A stretch of DNA of 64,000 nt from Anthoceros angustus (taxonomy: Eukaryota > Plantae > Anthocerotophyta), in contig MU008151.1 in NCBI GenBank assembly GCA_010909165.1, positions 1,106,090-1,170,089 on the forward strand, in the 5' to 3' direction. A program made the translations under genes and the position numbers. Under the pieces are notes generated by a model. That model was not told the origin of the DNA and ran no database searches. It worked only from the letters and a program-made list of their open reading frames with translations. Shown piece by piece: positions 62,804 through 64,000 of this stretch; the stretch's first letter is position 1, and each line of letters begins with the position of its first letter.

Positions 62804-63654
62804 TCTTCCAGCATGGCACTGTAAAGACAAAGCGCTTCCTGACCCATGTCCTGCTGGGAATATCCTGCTATCAAGGCATTCCATGTCACAACATCTTTTT
62901 GACTAAGTCTGTCGAAGACAATGTGGGCATCCTGTAGGCTGCCACACTTCACATACATGTTGACGAGGCTGCAGCCTACAACCATGTCCCGTTGAAGTCC
63001 TTCTTCTTCAATGTGTGCATGGAGCTGCATTCCCTTGTCCAAAGCTGGGCTGCCCAGACTTGCACATGCATGCAGGAGGCACACAAATGTTACAGAATCG
63101 GGTACAACCAGGCCTTCTTGTTGCATGGCACTGTGAAGGTCAAGAGCTGTCTGACCCATGCCCTTGTGGGAATAACCTGTTATCATGGCATTCCAGGTCG
63201 CCACGTTTTTCTGATGGAGTCTGTCAAACACTCTTTGAGCATCTTCCAAGCTGCCACACTTTGCATACATGTTTATCAAACTGTTAACCAGTAACATGTT
63301 GACCTGAAGCCTTTGGTCGCCGATATTTGCATGAAGCTTCTTACCCCTTTCCAAAGCTGGGGTTCCCATGCTTGCACAAGCCTGAAACAGGCACACAAAC
63401 GTCACAGTATCAGGTGCAACTTTTCCTTCTTCTTGCATAGCACTGTAAACACGAATCGCTTCCTGACCCATTCCCTTCTGGGAATATCCTGCTATCATGG
63501 CATTCCAAGTGGCCACATTTTTCTGATTAAGACTATTAAACACACACTGAGCATCCTGAAGAGTGCCACACTTTACATACATGTTTACCAGACTGCAGCC
63601 GACAACCACATCCATTTGAACTTTTCGTTCCACCATCTCTGCGTGAAGCCGCAT
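62779..63654 (-). pseudogene. PLS-class PPR gene fragment (S-P-L triplets), frame intact, truncated at both ends
   Basis: SLVNMYVKCG.L.DA..VF..L.QKNVATWNAMIAGYS..G.GQEA...PD.VTFVCL..ACAS, about 3 times. The ORF ends in MLEEG-FRVLGF*, where FRVLGF is encoded by the telomeric repeat. Confidence 0.9.
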
Positions 63655-63749
63655 CCCTTCTTTAAAATTATAATATAATAATGGCCATCTCTATTAAACC
63701 CCATGAGATTGGCTCCAAGTGAACTCGACCACATAATAGAAGAACTAGT

Positions 63750-63985
63750 ATCATAGACCTTCCGGATTGTTTCTAATTAATAGAATGCCTTTGACTCCAA
63801 ACCCACAATCCACTATAGACCTTCTCGATTGTTTCTAATCAATAAAAATGTTTTTGACTCAAACCCTAAAAAGCTCTCGGACTCGAACCCTTAAAAGCTC
63901 TGAACTCGAACCCTAAAAAAGCTCTTGACCTGAATTCTAAAAAGCTCTTGACTCAAACCCTAAAAAACTTCTGACTCGAACTGCG
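63750..63985. repeat. ~62-bp duplication grading into a ~24-bp satellite with the telomere-like core GACTC(G/A)AACCCTAAAAAGCTCT
   Basis: 5-6 degenerate units visible. Confidence 0.8.
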
Positions 63986-64000
63986 AATCTAGCCTAGCCA

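Overview
This is a eukaryotic, non-seed-plant nuclear window, most likely hornwort: it carries PLS-class PPR fragments, a WW-type PG box and many TORNADO1-like fragments. I found no clearly intact gene. (1) 1-7.4 kb: a decayed minus-strand DNA transposon with a Sola2-like DDD transposase and a possible Ulp1-like peptidase remnant. (2) 7.5-16.5 kb: a decayed Ty3/Gypsy element (minus) with a PHD finger after the integrase, between two ~550-bp TG..CA direct repeats. (3) 16.5-21.8 kb: a Copia 5' remnant and an internally deleted Copia element with both LTRs; its empty site is also in the window. (4) 17.9-60.7 kb: a patchwork of reused gene-fragment modules (TRN1-like LRR-Roc-COR, PPR/E/DYW, a phytocyanin exon with its intron, unknowns). 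These are joined at short microhomologies, and 40-60.6 kb forms an imperfect ~20-kb palindrome. A ~140-nt hairpin recurs throughout, with one compensatory base-pair change between copies. (5) 60.8-64 kb: an unclassified repeat ending in a 3-way-junction structure and A7, fused through (TTTTAGGG)n to a truncated but frame-intact PPR fragment, followed by a telomere-motif satellite. All of this was read by eye; most coordinates are approximate.
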